A stretch of DNA of 64,000 bases from Paraglomus brasilianum (taxonomy: Eukaryota). Every line of letters starts with the position of its first letter. The stretch's first letter is position 1. Made by a program: the position numbers and the translations under genes. This document shows positions 1 to 13,828 of this stretch, in pieces. The stretch is from NCBI GenBank assembly GCA_910592345.1, contig CAJVPI010000020.1, forward strand, positions 1 to 64,000, given 5' to 3'. Under the pieces are notes generated by a model. That model was not told the DNA's origin. It searched no databases and was given only the letters and a program-made list of their open reading frames with translations.

Positions 1-1108
1 AAGAATCTGTTATAACGTTCTTATACGCTTTCGCATGAGCGTTTGCCGTTGTTAATAGGCGAAGTATACTTTAACATACTCTTAAGCAAACATCCAAAGA
101 CTACAAATAAAGCACCTTTACGGCCATAAGACATTTTGAAGCACTTTCTATTCGCCATCTAAAACGAAGGAAAACTGACCTTAACCAAGCATAACCGAAG
201 GAAGATCTTAACTTTTATACGAAAAAAGTGGATGTTTTCAGGTCTAAGCAAAGTCAACGTAGAGTGGAGCAATAAAGGCCTTGTTGGTACGTAACGAGAA
301 CTCAAAAGGTGGAGATTTAAACTTGTATAAGGTCAAAGACAATTTAATGTTGTCGCAGTGGAGCTATTTCACCGCAAATGTCTTGCATCTCACGTTACAC
401 CAAAAAATTTACTTATGAAAATCATTCGAGGGGACATTTCCCATGACTGGTTATAATAGTATATTTAAATCTTTATTATTATTACTAAAGATATTGTTAA
501 ATTTGGATATTGTCGAGTCAATACACGTAATAACCTTGAGATTTAACTTTTCGAACGACTATCTCTACTAATGTTAAATCTATAAATACAGTTAGTGACT
601 TTAACGTTGGATACTCATGTATTCGCCGATCCTAGATTATTATTTAACCTCGTCGATTTCTTTTGATGGGATTAATTTCAAAAGCCTATCGGTCGGATGT
701 CAATGAATCGATCCCATTTACCGCTGATACGGGAAGGCTGATAACAACTATTATAATATATGGCAAAACAGAAACCGTGAGTTAGAAAGGCAACTTCAAG
801 AGATTATATCGTTGTGTCGTTACTTGAATGAGAAACAGATCGGAGAGTGAATTCCGCGAGCAAGTTACACGATTATTGTCAGAAACCCCTTTTTGCAAAT
901 CTCGCATAATCCGACTATAGAGTGAAAACATGAAATACAGTAGCTTTGACCCTTGAAATCTACATTACTATTATCCTTAATCAACCTACACCCACCAGAT
1001 TCATCGAAAATAAAGAAACATCCGACACTTGCTGTGATTGGTCTTGCGCTTGTGGTCTTCTGCCATTTATTTCTCGTTGACGCCAATTCCAGTGTCTGTC
1101 GTAATTGC

Positions 1109-1773
1109 ATGCCTCTGTTCTCATGCCTTCCGAAAAATAGAAGCTGTCCATTCTGCGATCCAACACAAATAACGGAAAGAATTGTTTACGAGGACGATGA
1201 AATTATCGTTTTTTTTGACAGAAAACCGGCAGCAAGTACTCATTTGTTGGCCGTGCCTAAAGCTCACATTCGTAAATATTATTTTTTTACTTCGCTCTAA
1301 TATTTTAACATGTTTGTTTAATAATATATCTATTTTTTCAGCCACTGTGAAAGATTTGAGGGCAAAACACGCCGGATTATGTTAGTCTATATATTATGCT
1401 TATTGATTTCATTGCACACACTTGGTCGTGATATCTAACAACTTTTCTATTCCTCCAGTAAAACATATGCTCGACACTGGACACGAACTTCTCAAAGACG
1501 CTGGATACACGCAAGATCAAATACGGTACGAAAATGTCAAGTATTGTGCTTATTATTAATAATTACTGCCATGCATTGTTATTGGAAACTGACGTCTATT
1601 GTCTTATTTATTGTAGTCTTGGTTTCCATGTGCCCCCCTTCAATTCAGTTCATCATCTTCACCTCCATTGTTTAGGACTACCTTTCGTTCATATGCTCAT
1701 TGGGATAAAATATACGGAAATGACACCCTGGTACGTGGATGGAAAGAAATTGTATGAAAAGCTGATACAATAA
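1109..1773 (+). CDS. HIT-family (histidine triad) nucleotide hydrolase, HINT3/HINT4-like, 4 exons
   Basis: Spliced reading MPLFSCLPKNRSCPFC...DRKPAASTHLLAVPKAHI...LGFHVPPFNSVHHLHLHCLG. It contains the HxHxH triad and the N-terminal CPFC. Three GT-AG introns. Confidence 0.9.
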
Positions 1774-1929
1774 TAGCGAATAGAAAATCATTTATTTATT
1801 TATAGCTTTGTATTTAGCCCATAAGGGTAGCTTTGAAATAAAGTCTGATCATTGTTGAAGAATCATTTACTATTTGCTAATGTTTATTAATATATAGCTG
1901 ACGTGTTGGTAACTTATGCCATATTGTCA

Positions 1930-3523
1930 CTATACTTTTATACCAACTTCTCGTAACTTGTTTCTAAGATCATTGAAAGGGTCGGCTTCTTCAATGATAT
2001 CCTCATTCTCTTGTTTCCATTTTAGGAATTCGCTTTGATTACCTCCTCGTTGAACATATTTCCTTAGTATTTCATCAACCTCAACATTGTTCGCGTCGGA
2101 CAAATACTTCAAAGCTACTGCATAATACAAATATATATCAAGGTTATCTGGATCGATATCCAGAGAACGTTTCGACGCATCAACAGACGAGGTAATTAAT
2201 GCATGCTTGTCCACACTTGCGGGTAAAAACCGTAGCTGTGCTTTACGCAGACACAGCACACCAATATTCTGCCATATGACTGAATTTGTATCTTCTAATT
2301 CAGTAGCAGTGCGGAACGACATGATTGCCGTATCAAATAGTTCTAGGATTTTATCTTTATGGTCATCAGGATCAGATAGTAACATGTCAATATAATCTGT
2401 TGCTAAATCGCCTCTGTCACATAAAGCTTCAACGTTGTCATTATCCGTTTCAATGACGAAATTCAACTTTTGGAGAGCAATCTCACGCAACCTTTGGATT
2501 TGATGTATGTTTTCCTCGGATGGAACAATACTATGAGCATGGTGCGACAAAACGTTGGCCCATTGAAGCTGAATATCGGCTTCACGAGACTGTACATTAA
2601 GACTAAGCGCTTGTTCAAGTAATTCAATTGCGCGAATGTAACATTCTTCATTGATAGCGGGATCTTCTGCCATCATGGCCCGAGACGTTAAAGCTTGAGA
2701 CATTGATGTCAACGTATCAATAAGAGTGCTGGGTGTAACTTTCTCCTCATCTTCGTTTGAATTATCTGGATGTGCTGATGAGGATGAACTGGCGACCTGT
2801 CCAGTCAGTTGTAGTTCTTTTTGCTGTAGACGAATCACCTTTTCAAATGCCTCAATTGCTTCATTCAGAGTATCAACTGGTCCGTCATTTGCTTCCAAAT
2901 TGAAGATAATATCAGCTTTAGTCGTCAAAGCCTGAGCCATGTTGTACAACGCATCTGCATTGTTTTCATCGATAGCAATGGCCGCCTTGAATTTTTCAAT
3001 CGATCTAGTTAACAGATGCACTTTCTCTTCTTCAGTTTGTTTTGGATCGTCGAGATGGGCAAGTATATACAATGTTCTGCCCCTATAACCGAAAGTGATA
3101 ATTAGAATATATTACGTAGTCTCCAGCTAGGAAACGACGATGGTTTACAAACCAGTTGTACAAGCAATCACCGTTCTCAGGATCTTTGTTGTGTGCTTTC
3201 TCGTACATATCTCCGGCTTGTTCGTAATATCTCCTAGCCTTTCCAGAAGTTTGGCCAGAAGTTTGGAATCTTTCACCTAATCAATTATTCGATATTTAGA
3301 GTCGACTAATGAATCCAAATGTATATGAAAAATATAATAAAACCTCTTTCCTCGAGCCTTATTCCTTCTATAATAATTGACAAGATTAACGATTAGCCAG
3401 ATCTAGTTTCATAATATTTTTTTATCATTAAAACCTATTCTTACCAGACATTAGCTTCTCAAATGATTCCTTTTTATCATCGCTCTTGCTACTGCTAGCT
3501 TTTGCTTTACCCCTTCTGCCCAT
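1930..3523 (-). CDS. TPR-repeat protein, multi-exon
   Basis: ATG at 3523 (MGRRGKAK...), small 5' exons, then a 380-aa exon with TPR-like helices (NADALYNMAQAL, NVEALCDRGD, NSVIWQNIG). Confidence 0.75.
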
Positions 3524-6098
3524 AATTATTTGCCAACAGAAAACGTAGCAAGTATTCGTGACAAAACACAATATAATTGTTTTGATGCGTAAATAACACG
3601 AAGTTACACAGCAATCTTCGGAGTTAAGGCCAAATAAAGATTAGTACCTATACTGTATTACTATATGTTTATAACGTCTGTGTAAAATTCAGGAATATGG
3701 TTATACAAGAAACTATGGTTCCTTATTCTTAGTATTGGCGCGGTGAAAACGCCATCGATTTCTCGATGAGAAATATGCAGCATTCGACATTCGTGCCTTG
3801 TGGCAGGGCGAGTCAAACATTGAGGAGAACAATCGATCGTCAACGCTAGGAATTCATCCGTGTGGATTTCTCCTGCTTTAGTTAAATATAGAGACAGTTA
3901 TTGACCTTTAAACCAGGCTCGACCTGGTGTCGATCTAATCCTAAATAAATATTCGTCCTCTCTAAGTAATTCATTATTCCTTCCGATGTAATCGTATTAT
4001 CGATATAGGGATTAGCGGTTTCTAAGCTATATCGAATATTGGAATAAAGTATCAATTGTGTATTTCAGAGTATCTGGTATGAGGAACTACTCGTTTATTA
4101 TAATAATAAAGGATGCGAACATAACGGAAGTCGAGTCTCTTATATCCAAATTGGCACTTTATTCGATTTTTATCTGAATTATTGCAGCGGCATCATTGTT
4201 GGATAATTATGGTGTAGTGAAAGGGCCCTGATCTAAAATCCTACACGTCATCGCCACTCTAAAGAAAATTCCTAAGATTGCGCTTATCTTTGAGGTCCCA
4301 GCTGGGACAATCACTGGGACAATGGCTTAAAAGAGTTGGTTCTGTACTGTGCGGGAAAATACCGATTTTGTGCGGCTCATACTCAGGACAGTTAACAACA
4401 CCAATTTGCCCACATTTAGAATGATCACACCAAACGCAATAAACATTGCAAAAAATAAGACTTTGCCAAACTTACAATAAACGTTCGTAAAAAAAAAGCT
4501 TGATTTCCCGAGTGAATTCTTTTAAAAAGGGTAGCGTTATCAGGCAATAAAAATTTCCCTCATAATCAGGATGCCTCATTTTGGCCAATGACAAAATTAA
4601 TTGTCGATGAAATGAACCAAACGCCATAGCCGAAGAGTTAAATTTATTAGAAGGATGTCAAGAAGTTTTAAATGTTTTTGATAGTAGAAGTTTAAGTCGG
4701 AGAATTTTTTATAACCCCTTGAAGTTTTTTGTTGTCAATGAGCTTTTGAATAAACGTATTTCTAATTGCTGTATCTACGCTGTCTAATTGTTGGGATATA
4801 TAGATTATGTCCAGCTTCACTTTTAGTCGGTCGGTTGTGAGTCTTGAAAGCCTTTTCCATTGTCGTAAGTTCGGGTTGTTGTGACATTAATATGTTGTGT
4901 GTTAACGAGTTGTCAATAATTTACAATTACATTCATATCAAATAGAATACTACGACCAAGTAGTGAAATCGACTGAACCTATCGTTTACAATTATTAAAG
5001 AGCTCACTCTAAGCGCAGCTAAGAACGATTATAAGGAGTTCCTTAAAAAGACGCGTCGAGATTGTCGCCTTTGTTCTAATTATTATACTCTTTGACTAGA
5101 GATTGTTGTTAGTCCTTGTTCTTGTGCCATTCTCATGCGGGATAAGCCAGCTTACGGAAGTTAGAGTAACATCTAACTGTAGATTATAATTAAGGAATAT
5201 TAGACCAGACAGGAAAGAACATTCAATTAACGGTTAATGTTTCATTCATTTAAATAATTTACGCGAGTGTGCGTTTATACCTTCTAAAATCGATCCAGCT
5301 GACAGCGTTTAAGAAAATTGATCAAAATTGATAGCGTCTACTTGCCAATATATTACTGGATATTAAAAAATTGTTATGCCTATTCATATTAATATTATCT
5401 TCAATTTATACATGCCTTCATGTTTGAGTCTAACTGATATTCAAGTTTAACATCTACGCTTTATAGCCTTTAGACACTTTAGTATTAGCAATACTCTCAC
5501 CAATTACAACGCAGTTGACTAATAAATAAAATGTAGTTAGCGAGCTGTTTGGTATCGTTGAAATCCACTTTCCATCCAAGATGCAGGGGCGCATAGGATA
5601 CCATGGTGGACACAATATCAATAATTGTCTTTACACGCGTGCATACAGCCAATGCATCGCATACGTCATCATTAGTTGTTCGCATGCATGCATGGATTAA
5701 TTTGTACCTGATGGATGCAACCACTTCGAAGGAAAATATTTGGGGGTTTCCCTGGATAATGGTGTATATTAGGTATAAATGTTTGCAATCGTCGATCTAT
5801 GAACCTAAGTTATTGCAAACTGGAACACAAACATTTAAGAAAAGGTACAACTGGCGTGAACTATGAGGATACAATTCATAATAAGAACGCGTAAAATCCC
5901 AAAATTATTTATCTATTAAGTACCGCGTTTGACCAGAAAAGTGTAAAAGAGAAGCTCTTATTTACAATAATGAAGCGTAAATTTGTTACCATGATGGCAT
6001 GTCTAGGTTTATTGCGTTATACAAGAGTCCATTGCACTAATTAGTTAATATCACGAGGGGAAGAAGATTAAATTTAGAGAAAAATGAAGCTTGAGCTA

Positions 6099-8559
6099 CT
6101 AGTCCTTCTGCCGTTTGGTCTTACTGCTTTCCGATCTAAGAATCGAGAAGTGAGGAGAATCAATGTAGTGTATAAAAACGAGACAATTTATGACGTGCAT
6201 AAAACTTACACAGCTTCTAGTCCACGTTTCACACCCTTTTTTGCAGCATCCAAGAAACGGTTGATATCAAATGGATCTGCTTCCTCTCTCTCAAACTCAA
6301 TAGGACCAGTTCGAATCTTAAAAAAAGGTAACTTGTAAACATTCTGTTGGATGATGAACGGCACCTTAAAAGACAGTTGTCAAACTTCATACCTGACCGG
6401 CTTCTGCGGATTGGCCAGTTTTGGCCAAGAGTTGTCTGATATTTTCATCACCGTCAAAAAGATCTGGGTCATAGCTTTTCTTTGGATTATATATCATGTT
6501 GGCGCTAGATCCCGCAAACAAGGGTTTGTCATAGAGATCATATGCTGGAAAAAAAAGAAACAATGTGAATAAGATCCTTTGTCACGAATGCGATAGGAGC
6601 CAAGCAAATATGCGTATATTGACGGTAGTATACCTTCGTCATCCTTGAAACCAGATGAGAGACCACCTGAATGACTAAACAGTCGTGGATCAAGCAGACT
6701 GTCTTTGCTCATTGTGGGTTTGGCAAGCCCTAGTGCGACTTGTTCTGAAATATCACGGCCTTCCTCACTAAATTAAAAGCGCGTAAATCGAACAGCCCTT
6801 TATACTCGTACTTCAACGAAGAATCACTCGGAAACTTACCGGGCTAGGTATTTCGCTTTCTGTTCTGCTCCCATACGAGACAATCTATATTCTCTCTCTC
6901 TTTCTCTCCGTCGATCCTGTCGTATTTCGTCTCGATGTTTGACCTTTTCTTCGTCAGACTCCTCGCCAGATTCTGACTGTTCTCCAGCTTCAGAAGATGG
7001 TGCTGCAGCAGACGTTGATAGCCCTGCCCTAGAAAATTCCAATCAATTACTATCGAGGCCGTCAATTAATACCTTGACTTGTAGTATAATTTTACCTTTC
7101 CTCGCGAGCCTTCTGTGCCAACATGCGTAATCGTTTCTCTTTCTCCTCCTTCTCTTTTTGTGCAAGTTTTTCTCGCATTAAACTGCGCTGACGTACTTCT
7201 TCACGAGCATGTCGATCAGCAGCGAACAGCGCTTCAGACAATTTTGCAAAATTATCGTTTATTGTAACCTATATTGCATCAATACACGTTTAGGTTGTCT
7301 TATTCATGAATCATAAGCTGAGTACGTTTGGAGACAGTAATGCACATACCTCTTGCAATCCGCGTCCATCTGCTGCTAAACGTTTATCGAGTGGAATTGT
7401 ATAACCTTTAGCATTTTTCCAATTCGATATGCAAGGAGGAATGACCCACTCTTGTTGCTCCTTTGCAGAAGTTTTACGCGGTGGTGAATGTAGAACAGGA
7501 GCCGGGGGTGAAGGTGGACCTATTGAAAGTGTTTCCTCAGTCTATAAATACATCGATCAATCAGAACAATACCAAATACCGTTAACTTACCGCGAGGCAC
7601 TTTTTTGTGTTTAAACTTTGGCGGTTCCATGGGATCCGTTGGCATTTCTACCATTCTTATAATACGTTGACTAGCGCCAGAATTAAACGATTCCCCTTGT
7701 TGTGCGGGCGTATATCTTATATAAGCCGGTTCGGTAGCAGGTTTGTTTGTTTTGACATTTTTAGGTTGTGCTGCTCTTATTTTCCCTACAGAAAAAAACG
7801 CACGTGTTAATAAATTCATATTAGAGAGTTTGGGCGAGAAGATAAAAATAAAAGAAAAACCTTGCACAATCTTTTCCAATGCTTCTCTTGTCTTATCAGT
7901 TGTTTCTTTAACCAAATCGTCGGTAGGTCTTTCCAAATCGACTTTTTCGATGTCAACCCTTTGACTTAGTGGAACTAAATCTTTGAATTGTGAGTGAATT
8001 ACGCGATTCTCGGAATGGCCTTGACGAGCAATAGCATCATAACGAATGCTGCCTTCTGCATCCACCTGTAAAGTAAGAGATCCTCCGCTTGTGCCCTATT
8101 TTACATTAGACAAAACTATTATTTTAAGATTTCGAACTTTTATTACCAATAACAAGGTAATTTGACGTATAGAATAAACAGGCAACGCACTGTCTTCTTT
8201 CGGCCCATGTCGAGAGGGTATTGGGCCATGTGGATCTCTGGAAAGGCACCACCCTCACCAAAATCTTCGAGATTTCTTGGCTTCCAATCGGCTCGATGGC
8301 CATATGGTGGGGGACCTTTTGTGCGTTTCGTTGCAGTCAACTCGTCGAAGCCACGTTCATATTCACTGTGCTGTTCGGAGCTCAGCTGAGTATGTCGAGG
8401 CTTTGGTAAAACACTGTAACAGTGAATTTGAGGTAAGTAATCAAAGCATCGTCGTCTCCCATAACTTTCAAACGCAGGGTACCCACTCCTAACAACGCCG
8501 ATCGCCAAAGCAGCCGACTAATCTTGCCAAGAAGTGTACCTTGAGAGTGTGGAATTCAT
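6099..8559 (-). CDS. PRP45: SNW1/SKIP (Prp45) pre-mRNA splicing factor, multi-exon
   Basis: Motifs GGAFPEIHMAQYPLDMG, YIRYTP, DPMEPPKFKHKKVPRGPPSPPAPVLHSPPRK, IPPCISNWKNAKGYTIPLDKRLAADGRG, RDISEQVALG. Confidence 0.95.
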
Positions 8560-8797
8560 AATCTGGATAGTTTTAGAGAAATTGGCGTCGTCCAAGTCGA
8601 CAAAAAAATTATTTGCCTTTCAGATGGGATCCAACTGTAATTAGTGTTTTCATACATGTGACTCTCGATTGCGTAACACGCAGACAACAATATTATGGCG
8701 TTTTTCCATGGTTTCTAGATCTATAAAAACTTTACACCCTTGACTGCTATATAACATTTTTCACTCTCTCCTCATAATAAATAAAAGATAAAGCAAA

Positions 8798-9472
8798 ATG
8801 TCGACCGAAGCTCGTCGCAGGCTTATGCGTGACTTTAAACGGCTACAGAATGACCCCCCGGCTGGCATTTCAGGAGCGCCTTGCCCCGACAACATCTTGC
8901 TTTGGAACGCAGTCATCTTCGGTCCTGGTATGTATGCATGTTGGGCATTACAGAGTAATTTTGGTAGAGTGCTTCTAAATAGTATTCAAAGTTCCATAGT
9001 GACCACAGACAGTTTATTCGACCGTTTTACGTGCTGTGCTAGTTGCTTTAGGGCAAACTGGATGACTGCGACAAGCTGCTTATATTCAAAAGTATGGAGA
9101 GAACACTCTGATTATTAATATTGTCTTTTTGATTTACTATTCCATATAGCCGAAACACCGTTTGAAGATGGTACGTTCAAACTGGCGCTTCAGTTTGATG
9201 AAAGCTATCCTAACAAGCCTCCGACAGTGAGGTTCATCTCTAAAATGTTTCATCCGAATGTCTACGCAAACGGCGAACTGTGTCTTGACATTTTGCAGAA
9301 CAGATGGTCGCCGACATATGATGTTGCGGCTATTTTGACAAGTATTCAGAGTTTATTACATGATCCCAATCCAAATTCACCGGCAAATGCGGAGGCTGCC
9401 AATCTCTATCGAGAGAACAGAAAGGAATACACAAGAAGGATACGGGATATTGTAGAAAGTTCGTGGGAGTGA
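8798..9472 (+). CDS. RAD6: Ubiquitin-conjugating enzyme E2 Rad6/Ubc2, 2 exons (intron about 8928-9149)
   Basis: [23 protein letters not shown]...[26 protein letters not shown]...PNPNSPAN is near-canonical Rad6. Confidence 0.97.
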
Positions 9473-10684
9473 TTCCCTCATACCCTCTGTTGCTGACTGC
9501 GTTAATTGAAATGTATCTAATTATCTAATGGTTGTTTGACACGTGGTTGGTAATTGTCGGGTGTATGCGGCTATTTTTTTTTTTTTTTTTAATTTTTTAT
9601 TTTTCAAATTCAAGTCTTCTTCACTTTGTCATTCAAAAACTTTCACTGTAGGTTATTATTTCAATAAATGAACATTGATTACGGCTGTGCTTGGCGGAAC
9701 ATTCCTACACTAGCAACAAATTTTGGTCTTTTTCTTCTACTGTTCATCATTTGTCTTGTATTCAATTTGGCTTACAATTAACAATTAGAGCATAAATAAA
9801 GTACAAAATGTAATTTAAAGGCAAGAAAATGATCAAGTCTCTTTTTATCAAAAGAACTTTGGTTTTGATGAAGCGTTTATAACTTCAATGCTAGTGCTGC
9901 AATCTCATTTCTTTGCCCGCAAGTCTTTTGCTAGTCCTTCCATTACAACGTAAATGTTAAAGTCGGGATAATTATTTCTTCCTTGCTGTCAGTGATAACC
10001 CATTTTCGTTAATCTTCTTGTTGCAGCGATAGTAATAGCCATGTATTTGAATCAATCATGTAGTCTTGTTTGTTTTCAAAGTCAATTGCTAGAATTAGAG
10101 TTAATCGAGTGTCTACTACTATGGAAAGACATTTGCTCTGCGGAATGCACCCTACTATTACGGAATTAAAAATTACGACTTTGCACAATAATATCATTCA
10201 ACTTCTAAAAACATTAACATACTCGACTTTTTTCCAAGTTGATATTAATTCTATGTGCCACGTGGTCAACCAGTCTACTATTAGAAACTTGTCATTTGTC
10301 ACGTCATACGCCATTTAGTAACTCAGACACCTTCCAACTCTGTAAACAGAATGAACTATTGGTAACATAATATTTGTTACACACAGTATGTAAAGCAAGT
10401 TGGCGTTTGCTTACACGATTTACCATATATAGGCAGACCATCTCGTTATGACAATGAACTATTAAGATCGGCATACTTTACCAAGCCCGTATCATTAACT
10501 CGTTACAAAAGTCGCAATACAGGTAATGAGGATGATAACAAACGAGCGAAGAGTGAAGTACAAGCCTTATATTGTGCATAGGCTTATCTGATATCTGTGC
10601 ATTTGCCAGTGATAATACTTACACTTGGTGACAGAATATCTAACTCTTTCTTTGTCTTTTTATTTATAGTATACATACTAATAA

Positions 10685-12265
10685 ATGTCTTTACTGGACA
10701 TGTATCGGAGATTATTTTCACGCCGACTGCTTTTATCTTTCGTATTGGTAGCGACACTATTTCGCTTGTTACCATTGGCAAAAACAGAATACACTTTAGA
10801 GACATCTTTTGTTTCAATTAACACAAACTATATAAAAAAGTGTTCGTATGTCGTTAAATTAATAGAAGAGGGTAAACATGTTCCTGTGGAGGAAAGTACA
10901 ATGGACAAATGTCCGTATCTATTGGAACGCTGGTCCAGTATCGAAGGAAATCCAACACATACAGAATTTGCGAGCGGAACGCCTTCAACAGAACCAACTG
11001 AAATCCACATCTCCAGATCAACGCAATCACCGATCCATATGAAACTCTGTCCATACATCTCTCTTCTCTCAGCAGAAAAACGTGCTCGCCTCTCTCATTC
11101 CTCTCCATTGCAAAAAACGATATTTTCTTTTCTTTTTCCTGGTTCGCCAAAAGTTAACTCGTTGCTTGCTACTTTTTACATTTCATCGATACCTAATTTC
11201 ATACTTTTTTTCGTTCCTCCTGATATTCAGCCGCCGTCATTAAACACATTGGTGAGTTTTGCTGTCGGTGGGTTGTTGGGAGATGTGTTTTTGCATTTGT
11301 TACCACAGAGTTTCATGGGAGAGACTAGTGACGATGACGTGCATTTTGTTATGATAGATGAGAAAAGGAATGTGGTTATTGGGTTGGGGTTATTTGCGGG
11401 ATTGGCGTGTTTTTTTGTTATTGACAAGAGTATGAGAATTTTAAGCGGGGATGGACAACATGAGCATGGACATGGACATACCCATGGACATGCCCACGAG
11501 CATCAAAGTACCGTCGAGCGTAAAAGTGTGAAGGAAACGGGAGAGAGTACTGCTATAAATAAGATATCGAACGATGCTAAAAGGCGTAATACAAGCCAAT
11601 CGTCTGATAGTACTTATGACTCTACTTCATCACTATCGTCATCATCGCCATCGTCGACATCATCCTCATCCTCAGTACCGCCATCCTCCTCATCACCAAA
11701 ATCTCCTTCCAAACAACCCTCGACAAGCATTCGCCTTTCAGCATACTTAAATCTTATAGCTGATGCAACCCATAATTTCACTGATGGCCTTGCAATGGCT
11801 GCTTCGTTCTACGCATCTCCGAGTGTTGGTGCGACTACAACTGTTGCTGTATTTTTCCACGAGATACCTCATGAGATTGGTGATTATGCTATACTCGTTC
11901 AATCTGGATTCACCAAACGGTATGCTTTGCTATCACAATTTGGCACTGCCTTGGGAGCATTCCTGGGTACCTTTGCTGGTATTGCTATTGAAGAGTATAG
12001 CAGAGGAGATCATCCGGCGGGGGAAAAAGGATTTAATGTTGGTGATGTTGGTGATGGTATATGGGGTACCAGTGTTCATATGAGTGATTTGGTGATACCA
12101 TTTACTGCTGGTGGCTTTATATATATTGCTACAGTAGGTGTGATTCCCGAGTTGTTGGAAGTATCAGGGAAATTTGGGAAGGATATCAAGCAAGGTATAA
12201 CAGAGTTTGTAGCCATGTTGATTGGAATTGGTATGATGGCTGTTATTGCTTGGAATGAAGACTGA
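10685..12265 (+). CDS. YKE4: ZIP-family zinc transporter, ZIP7/Yke4-like
   Basis: SFAVGGLLGDVFLHLLP, His-rich loop HEHGHGHTHGHAHEH, YLNLIADATHNFTDGLA, HEIPHEIGDYAIL, FTAGGFIYIA. The start codon is not certain. Confidence 0.9.
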   Translation: MSLLDMYRRLFSRRLLLSFVLVATLFRLLPLAKTEYTLETSFVSINTNYIKKCSYVVKLIEEGKHVPVEESTMDKCPYLLERWSSIEGNPTHTEFASGTPSTEPTEIHISRSTQSPIHMKLCPYISLLSAEKRARLSHSSPLQKTIFSFLFPGSPKVNSLLATFYISSIPNFILFFVPPDIQPPSLNTLVSFAVGGLLGDVFLHLLPQSFMGETSDDDVHFVMIDEKRNVVIGLGLFAGLACFFVIDKSMRILSGDGQHEHGHGHTHGHAHEHQSTVERKSVKETGESTAINKISNDAKRRNTSQSSDSTYDSTSSLSSSSPSSTSSSSSVPPSSSSPKSPSKQPSTSIRLSAYLNLIADATHNFTDGLAMAASFYASPSVGATTTVAVFFHEIPHEIGDYAILVQSGFTKRYALLSQFGTALGAFLGTFAGIAIEEYSRGDHPAGEKGFNVGDVGDGIWGTSVHMSDLVIPFTAGGFIYIATVGVIPELLEVSGKFGKDIKQGITEFVAMLIGIGMMAVIAWNED

Positions 12266-12735
12266 GAGAATTATTTTGATGATGGGCAAAATTAGTAGTG
12301 ACTTGTAAAAAGTGAAATACCCAACTAAAATTGTAATAAAGATACAAGTGATCAGGAGTAATTCTGTTCTTTCTAATGCACGAACACCTTTACTTATGTG
12401 TTATTAATAAAGGAACGCAAACCTTCAGGATGTAATGATTCTTTTACCCACGAAGACGTATGGTTCAGTCGATTATTTTCAAATTGATCCGCGTAGTATA
12501 TTATGAATTAGATTCATTTATTATCTATAGGTTAGTATTGATTTATCTAATTATAATTGGACTCTCTAGTCTAATTGGGGGGGTTTGCAGCCAATTCGTA
12601 TCGGCGTACTAAATATGATTAATTATAAGTAATTATCATATCAAAGAATATTAAGAATTAAGAAATTGCATCTAACAATAATTTAAAGTACTTTGATAAC
12701 GAACAATGATATTTACAGTATAACCCCAACAAAAC

Positions 12736-13828
12736 TCAATCGTGATTGTTACTCCGTAGGTCATCTTCTCTTATCCTCTCTTTATCAACCAACAGATCAT
12801 AAGAAAGAATCCATGTCTTGGTTCGTTTCCTATATTCTCTATACTCATCACCAAAGAATCTAATCAAAGTTGGCTCCTCTTCCTTGAGTCTCTCGCTGAA
12901 GAAGTAATGCAATGTGCGCACAAACGCTGTTAGACAGATTGGGTTAAATAACATCATTTGCGTGCCAATGGCCCAATAATAAAAACCAAAGTACGATGGG
13001 TGACGGAGATAACTAATATTTGAACAATGAATAATAAATAGAAAGATGGTGAGATTAACTTTTAACGCAACAGGGTAGATCAATAATTTCGATCTCATGA
13101 TGTGCACTTACGCATAAACACCCGTTGTTACTAGTTCGTGATCGGGTTGTTTGTAATATACGAGCTGATGAGAGAAATTAGATTTTGCATGCCACATGGC
13201 AAGACTTCTTGCTGTCTGACCCACTATTATGCAGAACAGACCTAATAGATCACATGTACAACGAACATCCATCAATCAATAGTGAGGGACTTGTTCTAAT
13301 CAATTACTTCTCATAATTGAAATATGTAGCCTCACCTATTAAATTAATAAAACCAAACTTCTTCGTCCCGGGAAATAACCACAACTCAATCAGATATTCG
13401 ATCATACCCGATGCAAACGCGATATGATACGCCTTCCCGTTGTTAATCAAGAAAGCTACAAAATCAAATCTTGATGTAAAACACAAGCTACATATGATGT
13501 TAGACTACCGAATCCTCTCCTGACCCTCTCACTCACTATCAAGACTTAATTTGTCGGCGTTAAACATTGCGGTCAGCAGATACTCAAGCACATGAAATAG
13601 TCCGAGTGCGGCTATAAAGAGTCCCAATTGAAATAATTTTTCAGAGTACAACGATATCCCGATACCAAGGCCGAACAGACTCCCAACTATAAAGCCATGT
13701 AAAGCTATATTCTGAGGAGTATGCTGGCCATCTAATATCGGTATCTTGCTACTTGGGAGAGGTTGTTCATATTCATATGGAGGAGTAGAATCACCGTTTG
13801 CGTGCAAACTGTCCGCTATTGATTCCAT
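12736..13828 (-). CDS. STE14: Isoprenylcysteine carboxyl methyltransferase, 4 exons
   Basis: Spliced reading: FHVLEYLLTAMFN...GQTARSLAMWHAKSNFSHQL...HELVTTGVY/YLRHPSYFGFYYWAIGTQ...FFSERLKEEEPTLIRFFGDEYREY. Confidence 0.93.

Noticed and set aside
1..860. Possible decayed coding or transposon sequence at the window start
   Set aside because: No recognisable motif or terminal repeat could be established by eye.
4296..4323. Palindrome GTCCCAGCTGGGAC with a CTGGGACAAT duplication
   Set aside because: Isolated; no partner terminus or associated ORF was found.
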